From: Octopus sinensis
Taxonomy: Eukaryota
Assembly: GCF_006345805.1 (NCBI RefSeq)
Contig: NC_043005.1
Location: 82,646,001-82,710,000 of the forward strand
Length of the DNA: 64,000 nt
Direction: 5' to 3'
Shown here: in pieces, positions 52,491 to 64,000 of the stretch
Layout: every line of letters starts with the position of its first letter
Position numbering within the stretch: the first letter of the stretch is position 1
The notes under the pieces: model-generated
Seen by the model: the letters and a program-made list of their open reading frames with translations, nothing else
Databases searched by the model: none
Told to the model about the DNA's origin: nothing
Position numbers and translations under genes: made by a program

Positions 52491-54071
52491 TGTGTGTGCG
52501 TGTGTGTGTGCACGTGCGTGCACGTGAAAGAGAGTATCTGTGTACGTGTGTGTGTGTGTTTAGTATATCAATACTAAGGGATGACACAGCGAAGCCCCGT
52601 CGTTGATTAGTTTAACATGGTGTATTTATATCATATAAATAAATGTATATTCTCAAATAAAGAATTAAATACATATTATCAAATGAAGATCACCTAACAT
52701 GTTACAATTCTTTTCTTCTTCATTATGTTCGTAATCCACATTAGAGTTTCATTATTTTGGAATTATAATTTTGTAATCCTGTATTCCAAAAGCAACAAAA
52801 CAACATACGAATACTTAACGATGGCAGACATCTTTGGAGATATTTCAAATTTAGTTTGTTTCTTATCTAAAACTTAATATTTAACTTATCTTCGTAACTT
52901 ACATTTAAAACATGTTTTATAAAGATTAATTAAATAAGTGAAAAATTTATCATACATATATTAACACAGCAAGCATTTAAAATCTATACATTTCGATATC
53001 ATGTATGAAAACCTGCTACTATTTTTATAGATAAACTAATTACGAAGACAGGTTTTGAAAAAATTCGAAATCATTAGGAACGTAGTTGCTTATTTAAATT
53101 ATTAAAGAAAACTCAATATATTTACTATGAATTTTTTATGCGTTCCTTATGAGTCTTTGTTTTACTTAATGCGTTTTGATATCATGAACATTTTGAAATG
53201 GCACAAGTCTAGGTAGATAGTAGGTATATAGATTAATATAAATAATTCTCTGATTTATCATTTTAGGGAGGAACAGCGAGATGAGTATATCGAAATAAGA
53301 GTAAATCGCTTTAAACAATAAATAAATTTAAGAATAGATACTACCCGCTTATTTATTCTGTCAAGACATTACATTAAACACTGGCAATTAGTTAAGTAAC
53401 ATATGTTTTTCGTTTTTGAGAAATAATAACTTAATATACATTAGATGCTGTATTTTAGATGAATCAATACCTTCTACACAATATTTCTCAATGATCCCTG
53501 AGTAAATAAAATACACTTAAGATGTACTGCAAAGAAATTCGCGCACTGTACTCATTCCTTTATATAAAAGGAGAAGCGAGCTTTTGATAACATAATAGTA
53601 TTCCAAGGAGTATGTTCTAAACCAATGTCATAGCAGAGACGTATAATTTACTATTTTAAGAATAACAAGGGCGTTTGAATTACTCTTTTCGAATTTTCAA
53701 AATTAATTGCAGATAGGAATACGTATAAAAGGTGATGCTTCTTTTTGTAACGATTTCGTATAACAAAATCACATCGTCGGATTTAGAAAGACTACACAGT
53801 AAATAATTATTTATACACACACTACTATATACTCATCTATTCATGTTAACACAGACAACTATAACCAGCAATTAACATTTTGAAACGTAACTACTGAATA
53901 ATAACAAATTTTGGTTAAATTATTTTGACATCAACCTGTTTGAGACGCATTTGTTTCTATAGCACACGTATTCTATTTGAAAGTGATGTAAATTAAAACC
54001 TCCCTACAAAATTACATTTTAATTTGTTCCAAAGACAAGATTATTAATGATAATGTTATTTTAATATAATC

Positions 54072-54481
54072 TTCTGTATTGTCAAGAGTACTTGAAACTT
54101 GGTAGAGTATTTGAACGAAATATGATAACGAAAGAATTAATAATAAATTATATTTTAATGTGTAGAAAAAGAAATATATAAGTTTCTATATTATGATAGA
54201 GTCTGTATGATAGCGATGTTTAAATTTTGAATGTTAATATATATATATTTTAGATATTTATGAAAAAGCATAATAATATAGAAATAAGTATAAGGCGTCT
54301 ATTGCTTCGTAATTGATTAAAATTCTTCTGTGTGTGTGTGTGCGCGCTTGATTGGATACTGTTTTTGTTTCTTCGAGGCATAGGTTCTGTATTGTCAAAA
54401 GTACTTGAGACTTGGCAGAGCATTTGAACAAAATATGGTAACGAAAGAATTAATAATAAATTATATTTTAATGTGTAGAAA
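54072..54481. repeat. 97-bp local direct duplication
   Basis: 54072-54168 vs 54385-54481, 6 mismatches, no indels. Confidence 0.95.
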
Positions 54482-54770
54482 TTTACTCTGTCTTGCTATT
54501 CACTAGCGGCAGTGGGGTTATATACCACAATCCAAGACACCTCACTCCAGTAACGAACGGATGGTAATACTAAATTCAAATTCGCACACAGAGTATGCAT
54601 ATCTATTGTCTCTTTTCGGAACAACAGCGACGTTGTTGACGTCACTCAAAATTATCTAACGTCATCTAATTATCGATCCCAACAACTACAGCCGAATCCG
54701 TTGTAGTTGGCTATGTTCAAATCTTTCCGTACTAAGCATGAAACTAAATTCGACGACACACGCTCTGTGT

Positions 54771-54833
<63 letters not shown>

Positions 54834-55084
54834 CGTGTGTGTGTGTGTGTGTGTTTATTAGTTACTGCATGTTTGTGATAAACAAACAACTAATTTACGT
54901 CTAAAAATATATTCATAAACAATATGAACTTGTAGTAGAAAATGCCGGAATAATGTTTGAACCCTCCTATTATTAACCTTGGTGCGTCTGTTTAATTGGT
55001 GGGAAATCAATATCTATCACTCATGCATAATCTCTAAGATTAGAGAGAGGGAACATCTTTTTGAAAGAAGCAATTGTGAAAATT

Positions 55085-55290
55085 TAGTCAAATGATTGAA
55101 TTCTATGGAGAGATTCAGCGTGACACACAATGTGACCAGCTGGCCCTTTGAATTACAGGTACAACTCATTTTTACCAGCCGAGAGGACTGGATCAACGTG
55201 AAATAATGTGGTTTCTTGGAGGACAAAACGCGCTCCCCGCAATCGAACTCAAGACTTTCTGATCGTGAGCCGAATATACTTACCACTAAT
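55085..55290 (-). mobile_element. SINE family C-like
   Basis: GATTCAGCGTGACACACAATGTGACCAGCTGGCCCTTTGAATTACAGGTAC...AATCGAACTC. Confidence 0.7.
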
Positions 55291-55344
55291 CCAAAGTACC
55301 TTCAATTACATAGATACATAGTAAATCCCTACACAAAAAAAAAC

Positions 55345-55530
55345 CAAGAACAAACACAAGAAAAAACAACAACGCGAGGACATGGTAAATGCAAAGTATT
55401 AGCAGACGCTCAGGGAAGGACAGAAAGGTGGTTTTACATTTCGAGTAAAGCTCTTCGTCAGAAACAGGAAACGGAGGAAAGTCCAAGACAAAAGGAAGAC
55501 GGAGGGAAAAAAATCACCAACAATCTGTTT
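55345..55530 (-). mobile_element. PLE-type tail element with HHR-like motif
   Basis: Minus strand GTTT-CTGACGA-A-GAG cttta CTC-GAAA-TG-TA-AAAC at 55431-55465. Confidence 0.7.
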
Positions 55531-55599
55531 GTAGTTACATTTTGAACAAAAAAAGAAACAAAAAACATATGTACATATATATGTATGTGAGCGTGTGTG

Positions 55600-55785
55600 T
55601 ATCGTTGGCGATTTTTTTCCTCCGTCTTCACTTCCTTGGACCTTTCCTTTTTCTATGCTTCTGACGAAGAGTTCCGCTCGAAACTTTAAATCCTCCTTCT
55701 TTCTTTGCTTTACTGAGCGTCCAATAACTCTATACTTGTTCCACGTCCTCGCGCTGTTGTGTTTTCTCTGTGTTTTCATGTGTGG
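55600..55785 (+). mobile_element. PLE-type tail element, inverted relative to 55345-55530
   Basis: ATTTTTTTCCTCCGTCTTC...CTGACGAAGAGTTCCGCTCGAAAC...CTGAGCGTC...GTCCTCGCG. Confidence 0.7.
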
Positions 55786-55791
55786 ATTAAC

Positions 55792-55830
<39 letters not shown>

Positions 55831-56231
55831 TTATTTTCTCGAACACAAAGTGATGAATAGCAAAGAGGATTTCGGTGGCATTTGAAATAAGAATGTAAAA
55901 GACGAACGAAATGCTTCTCTACATTTTAGCCAGCGTGCTAAAAATTTTGCTAGCTCACCGCTTTCTCAGTATATATATATATATAACACTAGGAATGCAC
56001 ATGATACGATATGATAGGATATTATTCATGACAAGTAGCTATTGAAGAAATAATTCTGCTGAATCGATGCTGGTGGAGATTACCGCTCGATACAGCAATA
56101 ATTAAACGAATTAATACTGAACAAGTAGTAATATTGAGCAAACAATTGTATATGAAACCATTATGACAAATGCACATACATATACACCCGTATACATACA
56201 TATACATAGACACAGACAGACAGATACTTAC

Positions 56232-56285
<54 letters not shown>

Positions 56286-56469
56286 GTATGTATATATATA
56301 TATATATGGTGTGTAGGTGTTTATGAATGTATGAAAATTTATCCGTTTCACACGCACACGCACACAGCCACACTCGAACGCATTTATATAGATAAATGTG
56401 GGGCTGTGAATTTGTATGAGATTTCGTCATACACATATGAATATGTGTGTGTCCATGTGTATATTATAT

Positions 56470-56571
<102 letters not shown>

Positions 56572-57267
56572 CCATATGTACGTACAAGTGTGTGCTTGAG
56601 TACCATCATAGACCATATATGTAGAATACATACATGCACGTGCAAATTCACACACCTACATGCATCTCTATACAGCCACACGCACACCCACAAAGACATA
56701 TATGTGTGAATACATAATACATGCATACATGCATACATACATACATACATGCATGCATACATACATACATGCACACATACATATATACACACATACATTT
56801 ATACATATATTTCCACACGACAAACATGTAATATCCAGATTTTCATTAAAATCAGGCAAGCTCCATTGATACTAGTGTGAATGCGATGCCAAACGAATTC
56901 TATCTATCATTTGCAATTTTTATTAGAAACTTTTTCCCGAGAGAATCCTCTGCTGTATCTCATTTGCAAAGTGACACGCTATTTTACAACTATAAATTAA
57001 ACCTTGCAAATATCTATGCAAAGAGATTTCTGTTGCATTCATCTTATCATCTTATTACAGCACTCCAGAAACGTCATCGAATCGTAGCCAATCATAAGCT
57101 ATTTTCTAAATTTTCGTTACCTTTTTTCAGATATATTAGATACTCTAGGCTACTTGGATTTCATACACATATATGCATGTGTAAGCAAATATATATGTGT
57201 GCATGTATGCATACATACATATATATACATGTTATATATATGCACACATACATATAAACACACACAC

Positions 57268-57312
<45 letters not shown>

Positions 57313-57518
57313 ATGTATATTTTTATGTATGTATATGTGTATGCATATTCGTTTCAGCCAAGCTATACACACAGCCATGCTGCTGCGTGTATAGTTCAGA
57401 AAATATCATAAATCCAAGATATATGCAGGCACAGTGACATACGCCGATACATTTGCTTTGTGTGGAAGAAACAAACGTAGACTGGCAGTTAAACGGACGG
57501 TGAGAGACAGAAAGACCA

Positions 57519-57611
<93 letters not shown>

Positions 57612-58689
57612 AACTTATGCACCTTTGCACACGCACAGACACACACTTGTATATATAAGAAAATGCATGCCTATATTTAGGAACAGACAATAAATAGATA
57701 ATATAATCAGTACAGCAAAAGAAATCAGCTATTACTACTTCGGAAAACATGAAAAATGTGCCCAATAATAAAATGAGTGGGTAGCTATCTCCATTCAACA
57801 AAATATCGAAGTGAAATTAGACAACCCATCAACACAAAATTATAGTTTATCCACCACAGGTTCCCATATCTGGCTAGAGTCAATACTTACAAAACGGAAG
57901 GTTTTTATGAAACTGTTCAAATTATTTTGTGTACGCCTACTTCACTATACCGGGAGCTTCAAATTTAATTTACTAATAGAGTGCTCAATGACAAAAAGAT
58001 TATAAAGTATACACCATAGTTCACTCACTGCAAGCCATTTTACAGGTATAATCGAAAGGGGAATATCAAGGCCTATAATTTTTATTTCTGAAGTGTATTT
58101 AAGTTTTTGTAACTCGAAATTCTTGCAAATTTAAATATTCATTGCATTCACTGCGTTCAAATCTTCATGAATTTAAATATTCATTGTATTTACTGCGGAG
58201 TAGATTTTAATGTTGAATAATAAACATTGTTAATTAATTGCAGGCAATATTTTACGCTTTTATTTGTAACAGTCTCTCATTCTCGCTTGCCTCTATTTTC
58301 ATTAACGATAATTTAATAATAGCAATATAACTTTGGTACGAGACACAATTTCAAGAATATTATTAGTTTCCGGAGTTTGTTAAATGAATATTTTTGATAA
58401 AATTAAAATTCTTTAATATACCGGTAAAATTTTTTTTTTACTGAAGAAGTGATTTTGTTGGAACGCTTTAAAACCTTACAATAATAACTATTTGATCGCT
58501 ACTATTTCTAGCACGCTAAGCAAGATAGTTTTTAACGAGCTTTCATTTATAAAAAAAATGAAACTGAAAAAGAAAATTTGGCAGCAAGAGCACAACGGTA
58601 GAGACAAAGACGGGCACCTGAATCAGATGAAATCGGGGCAAAGCGACTGGGCCATGTGCTTGAAAATGCACGGATACGTAGACATGATT

Positions 58690-59430
58690 CTGTTTCTGCA
58701 ACAACGGGAGAGACTGGTTAGGGTATCTCGAGAGGAGAATATTCTACTTCAAAATAATGGTGTCAAATTATTGATGCAACACTAAAGATATCTTTTCTTT
58801 GCGATCTTATGGAAGTAGAGGAATTGATAACTAATCAAACACTTCTTACAGAAGGTCATTCTGATGAAAGAGAATTTGCTAATTACTTTCTTGATGTAGG
58901 AAATGGTAACATTTCTGTTGAACAAAGCCTAGATGAATTCAAAGTCATACTACCCAATAACCCTTGCCTTGAAGGTGGGGCTCATTCAGATCCATGTGAT
59001 TTTGTATAAGCCGACCTCAAAAATAACTTCATAAACCCTGTGTGGCTTGCAAATAGAACCATCGTTACTCCAACAAATGAAGCAGCACAATTTGTGAATG
59101 ATTTTCTATTGACCACGATCCCCGGTGAGCTAAAAATATACAGAAGCTCAGATAGCCAATCCAGTTCCGCAACAAAATTACACCATCAGAATTTCCATCA
59201 CACATTCTCAGACTGAACAAAAACGATGCTTAATACTTCTGAGAAATTTAGATACTACTAATGGACATTGAAATGGCACACTACATCGTTGAGGTTGCTT
59301 CTGGTCCTTACGCAGAATCAATTCTGTTAATCCCAAGAATACCACAAGTATCTCAAGAAATGGAATTTCCATTTACATTTACATGCAAGTTCCTGTCAAG
59401 CCAGCTTTCGCCTTGATGTGCAATGAAACA
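58690..59430 (+). mobile_element. Helitron RepHel PIF1-like helicase relic
   Basis: QIIDATLK...EREFANYFLDVGNG...WLANRTIVTPTNEAAQFVNDFLLTTIPGELKIYRSSDS...ITPSEFPSHILRL...ILLRNLD..NGH.NGT...LIPRIP...FPFTF..FPVKPAFAL; stops and frameshifts. Confidence 0.9.
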
Positions 59431-59692
59431 AATGTAAATACAAAACTTGTAATACGAAAAATGAAAAAACATGTGCATTCGTGTGTATATATATATATAC
59501 ACACACATACACATATAATAAAATCTTTTTTCCATCTGTTTTATTAATACTGTTACCTCAACCGCCACTATGAACTTCCTCCAATCTACGGATAATAACA
59601 GGTAATCGAAACTGTGCTGGTGCTTTACTCATCATCCACTTATACGTTTTGTATAATTTCTCCATTAATTATATATATATATATATATTTAT

Positions 59693-59779
<87 letters not shown>

Positions 59780-59862
59780 TCTACGAGAGTAAGCACATAA
59801 ATGAGAAACAAGGTGGAAAAATTAGTACTCGAATACCAGAGTTAGAGTAATATGCTTTATAT

Positions 59863-59915
<53 letters not shown>

Positions 59916-59918
59916 ATT

Positions 59919-60039
59919 AGGGCTTAGTAAAATAAATTACTTTGCCACATACTGAATTCGCCTTAAATGGTCCTTTTACATACTGAACACTACTTGGTGA
60001 AATTGATTAATAACTAATTAATTTTACCCTCAATTGTTG

Positions 60040-60040
<1 letters not shown>
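59919..60040 (+). mobile_element. 5'-inverted short copy of segment A of the 41.2-kb family, inside (TA)n
   Basis: 59919-59956 matches A in plus orientation; 59957-60040 matches reverse-complement A; TGAA microhomology at the junction. Confidence 0.85.
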
Positions 60041-60071
<31 letters not shown>

Positions 60072-60429
60072 ATATATATAAAGAGAGAGAGGGAGAGAGA
60101 TGTGTATGTGTGTGTGCTTGTATGTATGTGTGTTTGTATGTACATGCATGTATCTATGCAAGAGACCCATACACTTTCTTTAACCGTCTCTCTAGAGGAA
60201 GGAAAACTGTAATGTAACACCTGCGACTTCGTTTCCATCCACTGACAAAGACTAGTTCTTTACTATATATATATATACGTTATTTGGAGAGTGGGATTGG
60301 CCCTATGTATAATGAGATCCCAAAAACTGATATAGAGGTAGAAAAGCTTATATATGTGTGCGTGCATGTGTTCGTGCGTGTATGTGTGTGTGCGTACACA
60401 CACATACACACATACATATATATATATAT

Positions 60430-60464
<35 letters not shown>

Positions 60465-60622
60465 GGTGTGTGGTGTGTGTGTGTGTGTGTAGGTCCCGGG
60501 TTGAGTCGGGGTTAACCACAGTAAATAAGGTACTCAATACATAGCAGAGTAAAGTAAGCTCCTGAAGATTTCATCTGAATGAAACAGTTCTAGTCCTGTA
60601 GAAGCTCCTTCTATAAAATAAA

Positions 60623-60685
<63 letters not shown>

Positions 60686-60686
<1 letters not shown>

Positions 60687-61098
60687 CTCTTGTACTCTTG
60701 AACTTGTTTCAGTCATGCAACTGCGGCCAAGCTGGAGCACCACCTTTAGTCGGACAAATCGACACCAGGACTTATTCTTTGTAAGCATAGTACTTATTCT
60801 ATCGGTCACTTTTCCGAACCGCTAAGTTACGGGGACGTAAACACACCAGCAACGGTTGTCAAGCAATGTTGGGGGGACAAACACAGACACACAAACATAT
60901 ACACACACATACATATTTATATATATATACATATATACGGGCTTCTTTCAGTTTCCGTCTACCAAATCCAGTCACAAGACTTTGGTCGGCCTAAGGCTAT
61001 AGTAGAAAACACTTGCGCAAAGTGCTACGCAGTGGGTCTGAATTCGGAACCATGTGGTTGGTAAGCAAGTTACTTACCACACAACCACTCCTGCGCCT
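60686..61098 (-). mobile_element. SINE family B, full length
   Basis: Head AGGCGCAGGAGTGGTTGTGTGGTAAG...GTTCCGAATTCAGACCC; internal TA/CA repeat; tail GACTGAAACAAG. Confidence 0.92.
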
Positions 61099-61741
61099 AT
61101 ATATATATATATATATATAATATATATATATATACATCCATCCGTGCATACATACATACATGCATACATACATACATGCATACATACATACATATAGAAA
61201 CAAACGTATGTATATCTGTGTCCGTGTATTAATGAATTTATATGTATAGATAAAATGTTCCAGTGCAATGCAAAACAATGTTAAACGTTCAGAAGTATTG
61301 AAATGCTGAAATTTGAAAGGAAAAATAGCCAAACTTATTTGCAGACTATATAGAACTGTCGCGCACGCACACATGCACACAAACATACATACACACATCA
61401 GCTATAAACACATCACAACATCACTTGTTAATACAACACACACACACATACACACATGCGCGCGTAGAATTTCGTTTATGACAAAGTTGAAGCAGATGAG
61501 AGGACGTTATCCAAACTTTTGCTGACAAGGATGAAAGGACTCCGACGGGGAAACAGATTTATTCATCAAAACCTTGATTGACCAAACAACTGATTAGTTA
61601 ATTAGTTCAACTGCTGAATGATATTGAACCAAAGAAGTAAAATATTATCACATCGCTTGTTTCTATGGGCGAAATCACCTTCGAAAGGTAAAAAAATATA
61701 TATATTTCCCGTAAATCTTACAAATAATTATGAATAGTTAT

Positions 61742-62147
61742 ACTCTTTTACTCTCTTTTACTTGTTTCAGTCATTTGACTGCGGCCATACTGGAGCACCG
61801 CCTTTAGTCGAGCAAATCGACCCCGGGACTTATTCTTTGTAAGCCTAGTACTTATTCTATCGGCCTCTTTTGCCGAACCGCTAAGTGACGGGGACGTAAA
61901 CACACCAGCATCGGTTGTCAAGCAATGCTAGGGGGACAAACACAGACACGCAAACACATACACACACACACATATATATACATATATACAACAGGCTTCT
62001 TTCAGTTTCCGTCTACCAAATCCACTCACAAGGCATTGGTCGGCCCGGGGCTATAGCAGAAGACACTTGCAGAAGATGCCACGCAGTGGGACTGAACCCG
62101 GAACCATGTGGTTGGTTAGCAAGCTACTTACTACACAGCCACTCCTA
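61742..62147 (-). mobile_element. SINE family B, full length, young
   Basis: Head AGGAGTGGCTGTGTAGTAAG...GTTCCGGGTTCAGTCCC; short tandem tail (TAAAAGAG)n. Confidence 0.92.
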
Positions 62148-62381
62148 TATATGTATGTATATAGATAGATAAATATACCACATATATATGTATGAGTGTG
62201 TGGGTGTATGTGTGTGTGTACATATATATATAACGCTATCTGATAACCGCTAACTTTTATCATATGAATTCAGTTTCGGGTTAGTCTTTTGGCTCTAATC
62301 CCCTTAAAAACGAACGTAGAGAACTGAAATGTTGTAGCTTAGATATAGAGTTTTCCCAAAACGGTCTCGTATGGCAAGATC

Positions 62382-62835
62382 TTTGAGACTTCAAACTTGA
62401 AATCTTCAAAGCCACAGTCGAACCAATTCTACTATATGGCTCAGAAACCTGGACGTTATCAAAGAAGCTTGAGAGACGGTTGGATGGAACCTACACTCGC
62501 CTCCTTATGAGAGCTCAAAATCTCTCGTGAAAGCGCCATCCAACCAAAGTACAAATATATGGGAAACTACCACCTGTGTCATCTCTTGTGAAGGGTAAGA
62601 GATTCCAGTTTGCTGGACATTGTTGTAGAGCTGAAAAAGAGGTAATTTCTACTCTTCTCCTCTGGAAGCCATCTACTCGCAATACCAGAGGGCGCACACT
62701 CTCCTACCCTGATGTAATCTCCAGGGATACAGGCATCCAGCAACAGGACCTCCGTAATACCATGATGGACCGTGAAGTCTGGCGTAGCATGGTAAATTCC
62801 ATTGTCTCGACCACGGTCGAACCATGATGATGATG
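62382..62835 (+). mobile_element. 5'-truncated RTE-clade LINE with (TGA)n tail and 11-bp TSD
   Basis: FKATVEPILLYGSETWTLSKKLERRLDGTYTRLL...FAGHCCR...MMDREVWR, one internal stop (62528-62530). TSD ATGGCAAGATC at 62371-62381 and 62836-62846. Confidence 0.93.
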
Positions 62836-62990
62836 ATGGCAAGATCAGGTGAGGATCAAGTTATACGCAAATAATTAAATCAACAAATTAAATAAACATT
62901 AGTTTTTCAATCAACGGACACTTTATTTACTGTACAAAAAGTATTAAACGAATCATAAAGGTATTAAATAGCATAGGTATCATGCCAAAC

Positions 62991-64000
62991 TCAGATGATG
63001 ATCAAGGTGTACTTCTCTGGCTGGGTCTTCTCCACTACCTTGATCTGATGCTGGTTACCCTTCATAAACATCACCCTCTCAAAGTTACCATCTGACAGGA
63101 TGGCTCTCATGGCCCCCAATATATCTTTGCCTATAAAGAATTGGCGCTTAACTGCAGCACTGGATGGAATGGCGATGTTATACTTGGTGAACAGGTCGAT
63201 CAAGATCTGCTTACTCAAAACGGCGACTTCAGTCATGACGTTTTTCGCGATGGCCTTCAGCCAGGTCTTCACCAAGTTCTGCGCCTTGGATTTCAGTGAC
63301 CTGTTCTCCCGTAACAGAGTGAAGTTGCTGAAGAAATAATCTCCCTCATCCTTATTGCTGATGGTGCTACTGCCCTTTCCATTGGTCTTCATTAGGATAT
63401 CTCTACGACGGTTTCAATAGCGCCCGTTACTCTGCTAACCGGCTGTAATTACACTGCTCTGGCCAGAACAGAAGTGGGAGGCAGCGGCCAGCTGGCACTT
63501 CAGGTCTTCTAGGAGCCCAAAACATTTCGTGATGCCCTGCCAGTATCGCGTCTACCAGAGGACTGCAGTACAGGAGATGTCTGAACTTAACCTCCTGCAT
63601 CTTCATGACGGTAGCCGCTATAGTTGGTGGAGGATTCCCGTGATAGACCTGGTCCTCCTGCTAGATTTCATCCAAGGCCTTGGCAACATTAGACATCGCC
63701 TAGGCATATTCCAGCAAGAAGCTGACATCAGAATCAGTGAAAGTCTGCAGCTTCAGCTGTGTCAACACCCTATGGACAGCACCCGATTTTTATCTCCAGC
63801 AAGTTGTTGAGGGCAACAACAGAGCTATGGGTAAAGTTCTATCTGGTTCTGTTGGGGACCACCAGCCACTTCTTCAGCGCGCCCAGAATGCTATCTGCCG
63901 CAACGGTGCTACAGCTCTGCAAATTCCACAGCCGGTGTGCCTTGGACATGTCCTTCCTGTCTCCTGACTTGAACGAAGCGTTGTCAAGAGCTTTGTCGGC
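62991..64000 (-). mobile_element. hAT transposase pseudogene, continues beyond the window
   Basis: VPNRTR*N (TRWN motif); LFTKYNIAIPSSAAVKRQF..GKDIL..MRAILSDGNFERVMFMKGN (hAT dimerisation domain PxSSAxxERxFS); stops and frameshifts. Confidence 0.9.

Noticed and set aside
56877-57160. About 95 open codons of non-repetitive sequence
   Set aside because: No splice-consistent boundaries or motif; composition typical of a chance AT-rich ORF

Overview
AT-rich, repeat-dense eukaryotic non-coding DNA (intronic or intergenic). The SINE families, RTE LINE tail, maT-type mariner and very high microsatellite density resemble an Octopus (coleoid cephalopod) genome; this is inference from recognised repeat sequence, not a database hit. 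No intact host gene can be supported, and nearly all ORFs in the track are microsatellite or repeat translations. Recognisable coding relics are all transposon-derived: CR1/L2-type RT (5.7-6.1 kb), two Penelope-like (PLE) GIY-YIG endonucleases (11.1, 34.8 kb), a very old PLE RT (15.5-16.5 kb), Tc1/mariner pieces, a Helitron PIF1 helicase (58.7-59.4 kb), an RTE 3' end with an 11-bp TSD (62.4-62.8 kb) and a hAT transposase (63-64 kb). The most interesting signal is at 40.77-42.26 kb: two adjacent non-coding insertions in (TA)n, each with a minimal type-I hammerhead ribozyme (HHR) motif. One is a ~150-bp-arm fold-back palindrome. The other is a 552-bp head-to-tail monomer with terminal redundancy plus an inverted segment, which is a retrozyme-like / PLE pseudo-LTR architecture. 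Related 5'-inverted insertions in (TA)n and further HHR-like motifs recur across the window. A weak two-exon minus-strand transcript candidate lies at 49.6-51.5 kb. All alignments and folds were done by eye.
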